A stretch of DNA of 63,296 bases, filler included, from Reticulomyxa filosa (Eukaryota > Protista > Foraminifera), in the NCBI GenBank assembly GCA_000512085.1. It is 21 parts of 21 records of this genome, joined end to end, with 100 filler letters (N's around TTAATTAATTAA, not from the genome) between each part and the next. Parts side by side here need not be neighbours in the genome. Positions count along the whole stretch, not along the records: positions 35,871 to 37,989 come from ASPP01004079.1; positions 38,090 to 41,653 come from ASPP01011390.1; positions 41,754 to 42,901 come from ASPP01000705.1; positions 43,002 to 46,364 come from ASPP01022056.1; positions 46,465 to 47,756 come from ASPP01020563.1; positions 47,857 to 49,001 come from ASPP01002136.1; positions 49,102 to 54,515 come from ASPP01020858.1; 14 more parts are not named here. The stretch is one strand, 5' to 3'. Numbering within the stretch: the first letter of the stretch is position 1; each line of letters opens with the position of its first letter. The notes under the pieces were generated by a model that saw nothing but the letters and a program-made list of their open reading frames with translations, was not told where the DNA came from and did not search any database. This document shows, one piece after another, positions 37,426 to 50,877 of the stretch. The position numbers and the translations under genes were made by a program.

Positions 37426-38093
37426 GAGAAAAAGTTGACAATGTGCATATGCCGTAAACATGAAATTTGACAAATTTTTTTGAAGCATTTTCGGAAAGCG
37501 AGTATTTTCAAAGTTTATTCATTGTAAAAGCATGATATTTTTTGACTAATATTTGTTTTGTCTACGTTCATCATTGGTTTTTTTGCTTTTTTTTGTCAAA
37601 TGCAAACAAGTCAAGCTAATTCTAAAGCTTAAGAAATTTTTTTTGTAGTAAGATTTTTTTTAGTGAAAATTATCATTTGATTAAATCAATTTTTGCATTG
37701 TATAATGCTTATATTCGTTCTAGCATTAAGTTCTTGCATATCTATTTGTCAATTTTTTAACATTTTAATTCAAATTATTTACAAATTTCTTCTTTTGATC
37801 TGATTTGTCCGTTTTTGTATATTTTTTTTCAATGTATACAACAGATTTTTGATCATCTTGTAGATAGATCAAGAAAGAGAGCTCAGCTAAATTAAACGTA
37901 TAAGAAAATTGAGAATAAAAAGAGTGAGTGTTTGATGAGTTGAGTTATTACAACTCTGGAGTCAGTTATGACTCATGTATCACTACAATNNNNNNNNNNN
38001 NNNNNNNNNNNNNNNNNNNNNNNNNNNNNNNNNTTAATTAATTAANNNNNNNNNNNNNNNNNNNNNNNNNNNNNNNNNNNNNNNNNNNNGTAC

Positions 38094-38135
<42 letters not shown>

Positions 38136-38152
38136 GTATATGATATAATAAT

Positions 38153-38806
38153 TTAATAGGAAACTTTGAGCAGCAGTGTCATAAATTGAATTGCAATCTC
38201 CATTTTGGTGAAATCATTGGGAACGACTTCAAAGTGAATCACCTTTTCACCGGCCAAAATTTGAACCATGGTTTCCACGAAATGGTCGGAAATTTGCCGC
38301 GGATTGGTGTCGTTTTTGCAATCGAAAGCAAAGGAATTCAAATAGTTTTGCACAAACCATTGCATAATAGAGTTTGTTTCTTGCTCGTCGTGGCGGGTCA
38401 GTTTGGAGATGAGCTTCTCCATTTTTTTGAGCAGCGCGTTGAACTTGTCGAAATTGTCGAACTTGCCATCCGCAAAGCCGGTGTTGATGACATCCAAGAT
38501 GTCCATTTCTGCCTCGAATTTGAGTGCATGAAAACAGAGCATTTCCAATCGCAGCAGGTCCCACTTTTTGTTCAATTCCGCCGCGTCCGATGTATTTTGG
38601 AGCCAGGAAAGCAAGTATTCAAATGATGGGGAAACATACTGCAAGCGTTCCACTTGGGTCTTTAATGATTGTTGAGTGGGCATATTCAAGCTTGTTTGAG
38701 CATTGGATATTAACAATGTGAGTATTTCGGTCACGCACGCCTTTAATCCGGACTTTTCACTCCAAACTATTGTATTTACACAAAGTATTGTATATTTGTT
38801 GGTATG

Positions 38807-38840
<34 letters not shown>

Positions 38841-41639
38841 CCTTTGTGAATTCTCTCTGTTTCAGCACGCTTCAGTTTTAAAACGGACAATACTTCCAAA
38901 AAGTGATGGAGTATTTGTTCGTGTGACCATAGAATGGCATACAACTCCGGTACTTGGAACGTCACTTCCTCGACGACTTGTACATCTTCGTCTCCGTCTT
39001 TCGAATCAAATGTGACTTGGTGGACAGGCGCAGCGACATTCTCTTCGTCCAGATCGCTATATTGCCGTATGTACTCCCATTGCGCCAGATCGTATTCATC
39101 TTCACTGTTAAATTTTTCTTCCGTCTTCTCTTCGTTTCCACTCTTTTGTTCTTTGACTGTCGACTCCATATTCTGCTGCGTGATCGCTCTGCCAAAATCG
39201 GAGTGCTTCACGTCCGGAAAGGCGAGCACGGCTTCTTGCGACGCGCTTTCCAAAAAGTTGCATACCTGGCTGTGCAGGTTGGAATACATCTCCGCGTCGT
39301 AACGCGTGAGTGCGAGTGCTCCTCCCGACTCCAAGTGCACAATGTCTAGTATGTACTTATGCATCAAGTCTCTTGGGATATCATTCAGAGATACCTTCAA
39401 ACGATTGGTTTCGAGAATCGTGTAGATTTGGACGATAAAGAACTTGACCACTCCTTCTTTCTTCAGCGTCTCTTCTTGGCGGTCAAACGTTTCTTGACAG
39501 GCCTTGCGATACGAAGAGACAAATGAGTGTATATGACCGCTAAACGGAAATTGTCCTCCTTCGGGGATGTCGTCTCTCGGAATCGTTTGGTTCGCTTGGC
39601 TCCCTTGCGACATTCGTGTTATCTTTGCCTCACTTAACACGTCCAAAAACAACGTGTTCATTTGCTCATGCGATTTTTCCAACGGGCGATAAAGCAGCAA
39701 GTTTTGGTTGTCGAATATTACTGTTAGAACTGCAAACAGGGAATCAAACACAAATGCATACAATACATACACATATATATGTATACGGATTTTTTTTAAA
39801 AAAAAAAAAAAATAATAATTGGAAAGTACCTTCGACAAACAAAAACTTCATTCTTTCAGCCAACTTGGCCATGAACTGTCCACGCAGCGATCCTCTCTCT
39901 GGAAGCGCTTGCTGCTTCAAAACTTCCTTCAAACATGCAATGGCATCCTCCTCATATAACAGCACCTGACGGACTCGAATGTGAAGCAGGTTCCTCAGTT
40001 TGCCATTGTCCAACGAGGAGTCGGTCAGATAATCCTTGAGACGTTGGATCTCCCCAAACATGGTATCTTGACAGCCTTTGGGGAATTGAATGCAATTGAG
40101 TGCCAATTCGTAGCAATTGGTCAACAATTGCGCGCTGTTCAATTCGATGCGGTCGCGTATTCGCTGCTGAGAGCCTGGTTCGGACACCTTGATATCGTTG
40201 ATTTGCACCTCATTCGCTACGTCTGCCGGCAATAGGGCGTCAACAAGCACATGTTGCCACAATCCACTAATGATTAAGGGATGTCCAGACTCGGTGAAAC
40301 TCAATTCGTTGTTTCGGAATTTTCGTTCTCTTTCCAGTTCCAAATGTTTTCGAGCATAATCGTTCAATTTGGTGTCAATAGCATTCACACGATTGCTAGC
40401 AGATTGTTTTTGATATTTTATTCCATCGTATAATGATAACAACAATAATAATAAAAACAAATACTTATACATATACACGCATATACATATATATATGTAT
40501 ATATGCATATATAAGTAATGCTTTGTCTTACCTGTAAGCAATTAACATAACCGTCTTTTGGTTCGGATACCTCGACCGGTAATATTTTTTGAATAATTGG
40601 TAAAGGCTTTTTCGATTAGGTATTGCACATGCAAATAATGGACAAGGGTGTCATTGTTCAACGGTGGGTCACATCCGAGCGCCAAACATAGTGTCCGACA
40701 TGAGGCACTTCTTGTGCGAAAAATCCACAGATGAAATTGAAAAAATCTGTTTCGTAGATAAAATTGCTCACATCTCTGCTCACGATTGTCACTTTGTTCT
40801 CTCTTTCTTTCTCTTCGTTGCTGTACTTGTGATCTTCCTCTTTCGTATTACTTTGCGAGACGTCCGAATGGAGATCGTTTGTAGTGATTGTGTAACATCG
40901 GCCATTTCTTTCAATCACTTTGTTTGCGACCAAAGGAAAATCATGTGTTCCAATTTTGACTAATTTCAACGGACATTTGTCATCTGCACCTTCTCGTTCC
41001 AATATGTCCAGCTAATACACACATATGCATATAAACATATGTGTAATATACATATCTGTGTGTATATTTTGTTTGAATGACAAAACTATGTCCGCGTATG
41101 CCGTAAAGTTTCTTCGTCTATCGACATCTTGGAGCATGTACGGCAAAGAGGTATTCTTGAGAAGCGTTTGATAACAATGATCGATTTCTTTTGTGATTTT
41201 GGTTTCGTCGATCTCTTTTGGGTGGAGTTTGGAGTTGATCAGCAAGCTGACAAAGGTATAGCGATCGACAAAGCCGACAAACAGGTTGGTGAATTTGGCT
41301 TGCGGATGATCCGAAAATTTCTGTCTGACCATTTTCACAAGTCGTTGATGCAAATTTTCCAAAATGGTTGGTTCCAAATAAAATTTTTCAAAGCGACTCA
41401 AGAATGCAACTGGAGTATGCACTTCCACATTTTCCGTCTGTTTTGAGTTTCAACAAACACATTGCATTTTGTTTGCTTTGTTTGTTGTTTACTTGGTGTG
41501 TTCTCCCCTCCCTTTCTTTGTCTCACTTCGACACATAACTTTATGATGAGCCTCTTGGCTCGGCACGACAACCACACAACGGAAGTTTTTGGCAATATGG
41601 CAACGAATGGACTCTCCGCCGAGACATATTCGACAATAT
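38153..41639 (-). CDS. RNF213/mysterin-like giant AAA+ protein, internal fragment (end of second AAA+ module and downstream helical region)
   Basis: YCRICLGGESIRCHIAKNFRCVVVV..EAHHK/TENVEVHTPVAFLSRFEKFYL parallels RNF213 LGLGTHRVKCRVHPNFRLIVIE..FPIPLINRLEKHYL. FPFSGHI occurs downstream. Confidence 0.7.
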
Positions 41640-42721
41640 CTATTTTTTTTTTTNNNNNNNNNNNNNNNNNNNNNNNNNNNNNNNNNNNNNNNNNNNNTTA
41701 ATTAATTAANNNNNNNNNNNNNNNNNNNNNNNNNNNNNNNNNNNNNNNNNNNNATAAAAATTCTTTAATTGGATTGAATAGAGATTGAAATTATGTTAAA
41801 TTTATTATTGTTCGAAATTGGAGGAGTCTACCGTTTTGTCATTTGGTGCGGTAGTGTCCCCATTCGTTGGAAAGTCGCTCCAAAGTACTCGAATTTCCGA
41901 AGGCATTTAATCACTACTTGTATAGGCGACACTACAGCTAGTTTGCTGACGTGGACTTGCTTCGACGAAAGTTCGAATTTTATCCCAAGAACATAAATAT
42001 TTGTTGGTGTTTTATTTTGTTTTTACTTTTAGTACAAATAAGTTTTGACATAATTTTTCGAATTTTCTTTTTTCCACCGAATTAGTTTCTGAAGTAAATG
42101 TGTAAATTTACTTTTTTATCATCTTGTGAATTAGTAATCTTATTCTTCCTGCTTTCTTACATCGCATGCAAATTCTAAGTAATATTACATGCAATTATTG
42201 AAATGAAAAATTTTATAATTAAAAAATGAAATTGATGTTTGCCACAAAAGGAAAATACTTGAATATTGTTCGTCAGTAATTGCTTAAACTTTGTCAGCGA
42301 GACAAAACAGCTTTTTTACTTGTTTTGTTTTTTTTGTGACATTGTGCTGACTTGTGCTTATTTTACTTTCTTTTAAGCATATTAATCATTTTCAGCGAAT
42401 ATTTTCTTTATTACGTTCAAATTTTTTTCATTTAATCTTAAAATTATTTTTCAAACTTTTTTTTTCATTTTCATTTTCAAATCATTTTTACTTTTTTTAA
42501 AAATAAAAACAAAATAAAAAATGTTTCAAATTTAGAAAGCCGATGCTTTAAGTTTGTAAATGCATGTAAACCCTTAGATTTCTATAATTATATAAATTCT
42601 ACATAACATTATTCATAATGGAATTAAATGCGTTACTTGATAAAATATAATTTTTTTTATATTAATGTGAACAAGTCACATATAGATTAAAACAAAAAAG
42701 AATTTTAATTAAAGTGTATTT

Positions 42722-42901
42722 TACAGTAAGATAAAAAAGAAAGTTGACACCTAAAATGCCACCTTATAGAGATGATTGTGTTTCTCCATGAAAAAACAAC
42801 ATTTAATCAAAATTTTTTTAAAAAAATATCTACAAATCGTGTAGTTTTTGAATATCATTTTAGTTTTTTATTAAGTCTTTACAATTTTTTCAAAAATTTT
42901 A
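42722..42901 (+). mobile_element. Second copy of TA|CAGTA dispersed repeat
   Basis: See 37237-37425. Confidence 0.55.
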
Positions 42902-43001
42902 NNNNNNNNNNNNNNNNNNNNNNNNNNNNNNNNNNNNNNNNNNNNTTAATTAATTAANNNNNNNNNNNNNNNNNNNNNNNNNNNNNNNNNNNNNNNNNNN
43001 N

Positions 43002-43541
43002 AAAACAATAAGATTATGGGATATACATTCTGGAATAGAAATGAATCAATTATTAGGACATTCAAGAGGTGTATTGAGTACACAATTTTCACCAGATGGT
43101 AAAATGATTGTATCATCATCAAGTGATAAAATAATTAATCTGTGGAGCGTAGAATCCGGTGAAATATTGAGACAATTCAAAGGACATTCTGGTTGTGTAG
43201 CACGTGCGAGGTTTTCTCCAGATAGCAAATTTATTGTATCCTGTTCATTTGATAATACAGTTCGAATATGGGATATTAAAACAGGAATAGAGTTGAAAAT
43301 ATTAGAAGGACATACAGATTGTGTAGATGATATACAATATTTTCCAGATTGTCAAACAATTGTATCATGTTCAAGTGATAATACAATTCGATTGTGGAAC
43401 GTAGAATCAGGGAAGAGGATACAAATACTGGGCAGAAATTCTGCTAATGTGAAATGCGTGGATGTGTCTCAAAATGGGAATAAAATTATATCAGGTTCTG
43501 GTGATTGTAAAATCCAAATTTGGGGATTATTATATTCATAA
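43002..43541 (+). CDS. WD40-repeat protein, 5' partial
   Basis: Repeats of GH..V....FSPD...IVS.S.D.TIRIWD. Confidence 0.95.
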   Translation, partial: KTIRLWDIHSGIEMNQLLGHSRGVLSTQFSPDGKMIVSSSSDKIINLWSVESGEILRQFKGHSGCVARARFSPDSKFIVSCSFDNTVRIWDIKTGIELKILEGHTDCVDDIQYFPDCQTIVSCSSDNTIRLWNVESGKRIQILGRNSANVKCVDVSQNGNKIISGSGDCKIQIWGLLYS

Positions 43542-43899
43542 AAGTAATAAAATTATTTTTTTTAAAAAAAATGAATGATTTTTTGATTGTGTTCCTTTTG
43601 AATATAATTTTCTGAAGTGAGACTTTTTATTACATGACTTTGGACAATTTTTTTAAAAATCTACTTTTTGTTGTTGTTGTAAGTACCTAAAAGTAAGGAG
43701 AGAGAAACAATTAGTAAAGCAACAGTGAAAGAAAATTATGTGTTTTTTAGGTCTTGCATTTAAAATGGGCCTCTTATATCATATACATAAACACCACAAG
43801 ACCGAGTGGTGCGTCAAAAGTTAAAAATATTTAAAAGACTATATATTTGTTCTTCATGGAGGAAATTAATTGCTATATAAGGTATCAAACTTTTTTTCA

Positions 43900-44080
43900 T
43901 TTCAACAGCGCTCTAAGTCTTTAACTATCTTCTCATTGGAAATGATAAGCCAAAAAAATGATAGTTTTGTCAGCTTATGAAGAGCAAATAACACTACATG
44001 ATGATCACAATAACAATATGATGAAAATTTCACGCAAAATACATTATTTGAATGTCCGTCAAATAATTGAATTTTGTGCT
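43900..44080 (-). pseudogene. WD40-repeat relic
   Basis: QLFDGHSNNVFCVKFSSY, then degenerate sequence. Confidence 0.6.
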
Positions 44081-44236
44081 TTTTTTTTTTCAAGTTTGTG
44101 CAAAAAAAAAATCTCATTTGTGTAAATGACCAAGTGATTGGTTATTTTCAATGAAATAAAAGAAAAATATTTAGTAATCTTATTTTGATTTTTTTTTAGT
44201 AGTAGAGATAATAAGACACTCGTCCTTAGAAAAGAG

Positions 44237-44710
44237 AATATTGCTTAAATTTCAATTTTTTTGTTGTTGTTTTTGGAGTAGTTTTTTTTTGGAAGAAAAA
44301 ATTAGAGAAGAAAACTAGTTTTTTTTAAGCAACAAAAAAATCTTTGCTAAGTTTTTGAATCTTACTCTTTCTCAATATATTGAAATAATCTATTTAACAA
44401 CAAAAATGAATTATCATTTGTTTTTTTGGAAAACCATATTTTTTTTTTTGTAGTCCATTTTTGTCAAGCAAAATATTGTATTATTCTTTTTTTTTGAAAA
44501 GAGTATTGTAATTAATAATCAATATACAAATCAATAATGGAACATGTGTAACATCACTTTTATATTTGATATTTCAACTAGTTTAATATCTTACTTAAAC
44601 TTTCCATTAAGTTTTTTTTGTTTGTTTTTGGAGTAGATTTTTTTTGGAAGAAAAATTAGAGTAAAAAACGAGATTTTTTCAATAGTCAACAAAAAAATCT
44701 TGATAAATTT
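44237..44710. repeat. Imperfect ~110-bp direct repeat, two copies (44237-44350, 44585-44710)
   Basis: Shared TTTTGGAGTAG..TTTTTGGAAGAAAAATTAGAG..CAACAAAAAAATCTT. Confidence 0.75.
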
Positions 44711-45308
44711 AATAATCCTTATTTGGTGTAAGACATTTAATTGATGTTTTATCTATTAGATTCAAATAAAAAGATCAAAAATCGTTGTCATTGAAATATG
44801 ACTATTTTTATCGAGTGAATATCTAAAAACATTTACTCTTTGTCATTTTTTCATTTTTTAAATAGAAAATATTCAATTGTGTTTTAACGTCATATGTGAA
44901 ATAATTTGCTGAAATATTAAACGTAGTTGTATGAATTTAGCGATTGAAAAAACAGAGAATTATTCATCATTAAAATTTTAATGACTAAACTTGAAGTATA
45001 TTTACTTAAGATAAGAATTTTCTTATCAAAAAAAAACTTATAACTTTTCAATGAATGTGTAATGTGCCAATTGGGAAGAAATTAATTTTTATAATATTTG
45101 TTTTTTATTTTTAATCCATTATCATTATTTTATAAAAATTCAGTTGCTTTCATTTTAAAAAAAATTTATTTTTTTTAACAGCATATGACAAATAACAAAT
45201 TATTGTTGTTTTTCATGATCAAACATGCACTGAAATTATGCAAAATTTCAAAATTTGAAAATAAAGATGATATAATGACATTATATGTTGATACTTTTTC
45301 ACCTTTAT

Positions 45309-45542
45309 TTAATTCAATATTGATTCTCCACTTTCACCTCCACCAATCATGCATCCATTGGATTGAATCGAGTTACAATTAAGCAATTGGTGCTCAATTA
45401 TTAATTCAATTATTCCACATCCACTTCCAAAACAAATTTCTTTTTGAAAAGTTCTTCTCCATATGTTGCCCCACCTTTTTCCTTTTAGATTATCGATTTG
45501 TTCATTTTGCTGTTGTTTTAAATCATTAATAGTTTGACTCAT
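45309..45542 (-). pseudogene. Relic of Gly-rich repeat gene family
   Basis: EICFGSGCGIIELIIEHQLLNCNSIQSNGCMIGGGESGESIL is a degenerate GGGIIEL..SNG..GGGSGGSIL pattern. Confidence 0.45.
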
Positions 45543-45888
45543 TTCTGTTTTTTAATTGTTGGATATCATTTATCAACTTATTCTTTATTTTTTTTAAAAA
45601 TGCTAATCAAAATATTCAAATATTTATTGACATGGGCATCTACTATCTTCATCTTTGACACATTTCGCTCATCATACGACCAGTATTAGTAAATTTTATT
45701 TCGATCTTTCAAAACTAGTTGTTTTAACGTCATATTTATTTTGCGTGACTTGTGGTTAAACAAAGTAAGATAAATACATTCTTCAATAGTTGCATTCAAT
45801 CAAATCAAACAAGCTTAATATCATCCAAATTTTCTTTTAATCAAACTTCAAAAAAAACACTTTCATTTTGTATTTGATAAAAATTAAA

Positions 45889-46364
45889 TTATCCACAAAT
45901 ACGAATGGGACCTTTGACTGAACCATAACACATATTCAAATCATATGTTATATTCTTTGCATTATCTTTCTTTTTTAACACAATAAATTTAAGACACAAT
46001 ATTCCATTATCTTCTTCATCACTTCCTTTGATAATATACAATTCATTCTTATTTGATCGAATATCCCAAAAACGAATTGTGTTATCAAATGATCCAGAAC
46101 AAATCACATTTGAATTACCAATACTATTCTTTATTACAAATGGTGAATATTCAACGGCAAATACTTGATCTATATGTCCATTGAACACTTGAATTTGTTC
46201 ACCAGATCGAATATCCCACAAACGAACACTTTTATCAAATGATCCAGATAATATTGTATTCATTAGTTCATTTGATCCATATTTTACACTCGTCACATGA
46301 TCTGTATGTCCTTTGAATAAATTAAATTGTTTTGTTGTTTCAATATCCCATATTCGAATGGTTT
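45889..46364 (-). CDS. WD40-repeat protein, 5' partial
   Basis: ILSGSFDKSVRLWDIRSG, GHIDQVFAVEYSP, CSGSFDNTIRFWDIRS. Confidence 0.93.
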
Positions 46365-46524
46365 NNNNNNNNNNNNNNNNNNNNNNNNNNNNNNNNNNNN
46401 NNNNNNNNTTAATTAATTAANNNNNNNNNNNNNNNNNNNNNNNNNNNNNNNNNNNNNNNNNNNNATATATATATATATATATGTATATGTATATATTATG
46501 TATAAACATGTATTAATATAATAG

Positions 46525-47399
46525 ATGTATGGTCAGTGGGATGTGTAATCGCTGAACTGTTTTTGACAATGCCGCTGTTCCAAGGCGAACGTAGCGTGGA
46601 CCAGTTGGTGGAGATAATCAAAGTGTTGGGGACGCCTTCTCGACATGAAATCCTGGGCATGAACCCCAATTACAAGCACAGCAACTTCCCATTGGTCAAG
46701 TCCCTGCCATGGCGAACCGTCTTTGCCAATGTCAAGTACCAAAGCAAGCCCGTCCCTGACGACGCCATTGACATTTTGTCCAAGTTTCTCTTGTTCACGC
46801 CGTCGGAGCGGTTGGACTGTTTTACTGCTTTGGCCCACCCTTATTTTGACGAGCTGAGACAGTCTCACTTTGAGTTTTGTTTGTTTTTTTTTTTTAAGAG
46901 ATAGAGAGATAGGACCAATTCTCTTGTAATCCCATTACTCCAAACAACACAATATTGTAAAAGAATTCCAGGGTGCAAAAAAGGACCCGAGTTATTCAAC
47001 TTTACCACGGACGAAATCGAATTGGCTAAAAAGCGTAAAATTGTAAAAAGCATTGTCCCAAAGCACTTTTGGGAGCAAACCAATGTTTCATCCAAAGCAG
47101 ACACTAATACCAATACCAATATCAATACCAATACCAATGCCAATACCAATATCAATATCGATGCCAATGTCGATGCTGATGTCGGTATCAATATCTCCAA
47201 TGTCCCTGCCAAAGCAGCTGCGAGAATCGATCCCATTGATTCCAAAGACACTTTGAACAACGAGTCAGTCCAAGCAGCTGCGCCCACCCAATCACAGCAC
47301 ACTGCGTCAAGGTCTCAGGGCACCTCGGATCCGCTTGCACAACAAGGGCGAAACAATAAGCAAAAGAAACATACCCCAGATCAATCGCAACACTTGTAG
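46525..47399 (+). CDS. GSK3: Glycogen synthase kinase-3/shaggy-like kinase, last two exons
   Basis: DVWSVGCVIAEL..PLFQGERSVDQLVEIIKVLGTPSRHEILGMNPNY..FP..PW..AHPYFDELR..ELFNFT. Asn-rich tail. Confidence 0.93.
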
Positions 47400-47856
47400 T
47401 GCTCTTTCTCTTTCTCTTTCTTCTTTTTTTTTTTTTGCTACTTCCATGCACATTATACACATTACTGCAAGTCTCGTCAAGAGAATGAAGGAATATCTTC
47501 TTTTGTTTGTTTGTTTTTTTCCCTTCCTTCTTCTCTCTCTTTTCTTCTCTCTCTTTTTCTCTCTCTCTTTCTCTCTTGCTTTTTCTCCTCCATGATAAGT
47601 TAATCTCGCCTCAAATGGCAAATGAACACTACGAAATACATTTAGAAAAAAAAAAAAAAAATGAAGGAAAGCAAAAGGAAAAAGAAACGCCACAAAATCA
47701 CAAAAAAAAAAATAATTTTTTTTTTTGCTTTGATTTTATTTTATACTTCCTCTTTCNNNNNNNNNNNNNNNNNNNNNNNNNNNNNNNNNNNNNNNNNNNN
47801 TTAATTAATTAANNNNNNNNNNNNNNNNNNNNNNNNNNNNNNNNNNNNNNNNNNNN

Positions 47857-47898
<42 letters not shown>

Positions 47899-47959
47899 GT
47901 CCAAAAAAAAAAATATTTTTTTGCTCCCTTTTGAAATTGTCTTTAGTTTGTGTTTTACC

Positions 47960-48298
47960 CTTGAACTGAAATTTGCGTTTTGCTGTTTCTTTTTCTTTCT
48001 CTGATTTCGTGGCGTGCACGTCTGGATGCCATTCTTTGGCCAACTTTAGAAATGCACTTCGGACGTCCTTTTTTGATGCCGATTTAGGCACCCCCAATAT
48101 CGCGTAGTAGTCTTTGCTTGTGTCTATTCGTCCGCTGAACCATCTCCTCGGCAATATGAAGCTCGATGGAGTGCGGTTCCACTTGCTTTGTATGTATTGA
48201 AATCTGCTACATACGCTTACTTGGATGTAGCTACGTGTGCTTTGATACCACGGCACATGCAACCCATTGTACCCTCGATGCAATTGTCTCCTCAACAC
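47960..48298 (-). CDS. DnaJ/J-domain protein with mitochondrial-type presequence; partial
   Basis: RRWFS then [37 protein letters not shown]. Confidence 0.9.
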
Positions 48299-49164
48299 AC
48301 TATCTCTTGGCCTACCACTTCCATATAGACCGATTGATTGGTGATGTCTAACAATTTGTCAACCGTTACACCATTTTTTTTCACGTTTCCCCATTGTTGT
48401 TATCGTTTTTCATCAACACAACCAAACTAACGCAAAGTTACAAAATCACTTAACAATGTCGGAGGCGCTTTTCTTGCAAATCTTGAATGGCAAAAACTTG
48501 CAATGCCATACCTATTCAATCGAGTGAAAGAGCGCATTTAAATTTTAATTGATGTGAGCATGGAAAAGTTGCTGAGGAAAGGGTCACACTTTTGTCAGTT
48601 TATGGCTTGTCCATTATACCAAATAAATTTCTGTTTTTCACTCTTTCAAATTTTTTGCATATATATAACGCCTATTCAAACTTATGTGTTGAAAAGAATT
48701 CTTCATGATGTTTTTCTTTTTTTTAGCATCAATAAATTTCTTGAAAATTCTATAAATTATAATATTTGGTTTATTTTCGTAGACATTGTCTTCTGGGACA
48801 GTAGATGTGTATCAATTAATATCAAATAATCCATAAAGACGAAGCTATCAATTAAATACATTGCCATTATTTTAATTTCTTTTTAAAATAATAATCTAAC
48901 TCCGTTCTCTAATTTTTTATGCACAAATCTGTTGCCTCGTTGCAATTATAGTTTGGAATATAGTTTGTAAACTAGAGAAACGAACAAAAAAGGAAAAGAG
49001 GNNNNNNNNNNNNNNNNNNNNNNNNNNNNNNNNNNNNNNNNNNNNTTAATTAATTAANNNNNNNNNNNNNNNNNNNNNNNNNNNNNNNNNNNNNNNNNNN
49101 NTTTTTTTTTTTTGGGTGTTGTTCTAACTTTCATGGGCGTATTAAAAAAAAAAAAAAAAAAAAG

Positions 49165-50520
49165 GTTTGCTGAAAGACCATGACCTGCAATGGGCGATAC
49201 AAAATTTAGGAAGTGTGGTGAAGTACAACAACACCGATGTAACAGCAGTCCCAGCAGGACTTAGAGATATATCAACGGCGGTATGGGCTGTCAACTACTG
49301 TATCAAGGTGTCCCAACCCATTGTTAATTCCACCATTGGCAAAGCTGCGCTAATCACTGCTGTGATCGCTCTGGCGTATTTAGGAGTGCAATTGGTCGCG
49401 GTGATTTATTTTCGTAACTCTCCTGGCCTTAGGGTGTCGTCTTGGAAGTTGTGTATTCTGTCCTTGATTGGGGGGCTGGTCACTGTTTGCTCCCTGTTCT
49501 TGCTCAATCCTTCGCACGTATCCACTTGCTATCTTCGACCATTTGTTTGTCATGCTGGCTTTTTAATTACTTATGGCACCATCTTTGTCAAAACTTGGAG
49601 GCTGTGGAAATTGTTTGAGGCGACTTTGAAACTAGAGGAATTTTTTTTCCCAGGTTACAATAGTTCTTTTTTTTTTTTTTTTTCTTTTCTTTTGCCATTA
49701 GCCTTTCTCTCTTTTTGTTGTAAAATGGTGGAGCCAAAACAAAAAATGTGAATAATCGGAAACATAGATTTATACGTCGCGTACACCATCTTTGCCCTCG
49801 TGGCTCTCGTTTCACTTGTATTGGGAATAGTATTTCTTATTGTGCCATTTCATTTAAACACCTTTGTCAGTAATCATTATGCTTATCAGAGTTGCGAAGC
49901 CAAAGGGCTTCTTTTTGCCTATGTGGACGGTGCCTTGTACATGCTCCTTTCCCTCGCTTTCTTGTACATTGGTTAGGTCCTTGCATTAATTTCTTGTTCT
50001 TTGCTACCAGGGTCAAAGGGTGTTAATTTTACTTTGCCCCTTAAAAACAAAGAAAAGTAAGCTATTTTATCTTTCATTCTTGTCAACCTTGGATTTAGGC
50101 CGGCTTGGATATCGTCTGCGCAAAATTAGCAAAGAAATGCATCACCGCTTTCAAGGTACCATCCCCAAATACAACGACATTAAATGGGTTACCATTATCA
50201 GCTACAATGTTCTCGTGTCAAGCTTGCTTTTTATTTTTATTCCCTACTTCACTCCTTCCAATCCCATGAATCTCTACTTTGCTATTGTAACGATACAAAT
50301 TTGCGCTGTTCTCATAAACCTCTCTTTTGAGATCATCCCCAAATTGTTACGTCAAGTTCCGGAGGCTCTTCAAAGAAGAGCTAGCGTTGGATTGACAAAC
50401 AATGAAGCAAAAGGTAAAGGTTTCGTCTTCCTTGATCGCGAGAAAATGGATATTATCAAAATTCAAGAATACTTGGACGCATTTGGATACACTGCTGTTC
50501 CCAAAGGTATTCTATTATGA
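49165..50520 (+). CDS. Class C (GABA-B/Grl-like) 7TM GPCR, 5' partial, 3 exons
   Basis: SSWKLCILSLIGG, CYLRPF..GFLITYGTIFVKTWRLWKLF, YNDIKWVTIISYN, IIPKL. Confidence 0.85.
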
Positions 50521-50877
50521 CTTTTTTAATTCTCTACATTTTTTACTTCTAATCTTTTCCTTCCCCAACTAACAGAAAAAAATGATTCTAACAAAGACTT
50601 CAACGAATCTGAACTCAGTAATGTGTAACAAGTAATGATTTTGCTCGCAGCTTGGTACTATTCGTTTGTACACTTACTACGTTTTTTTAGCTTTGATTTT
50701 TCTTTACAATACAACAATTTTTCTTTCAATTTAAAGAGTCTGGTTCAAAGAAATTTTTTTCAAAAAAACAAAATCGCACTCCTCAATCTTAATTTGAAAA
50801 GAAATAATTTGAGCGGTAATATACACACTTCAATAATCACGCAAAGAAAAAAGAAAATATTAAAAATAAGAACGCAA

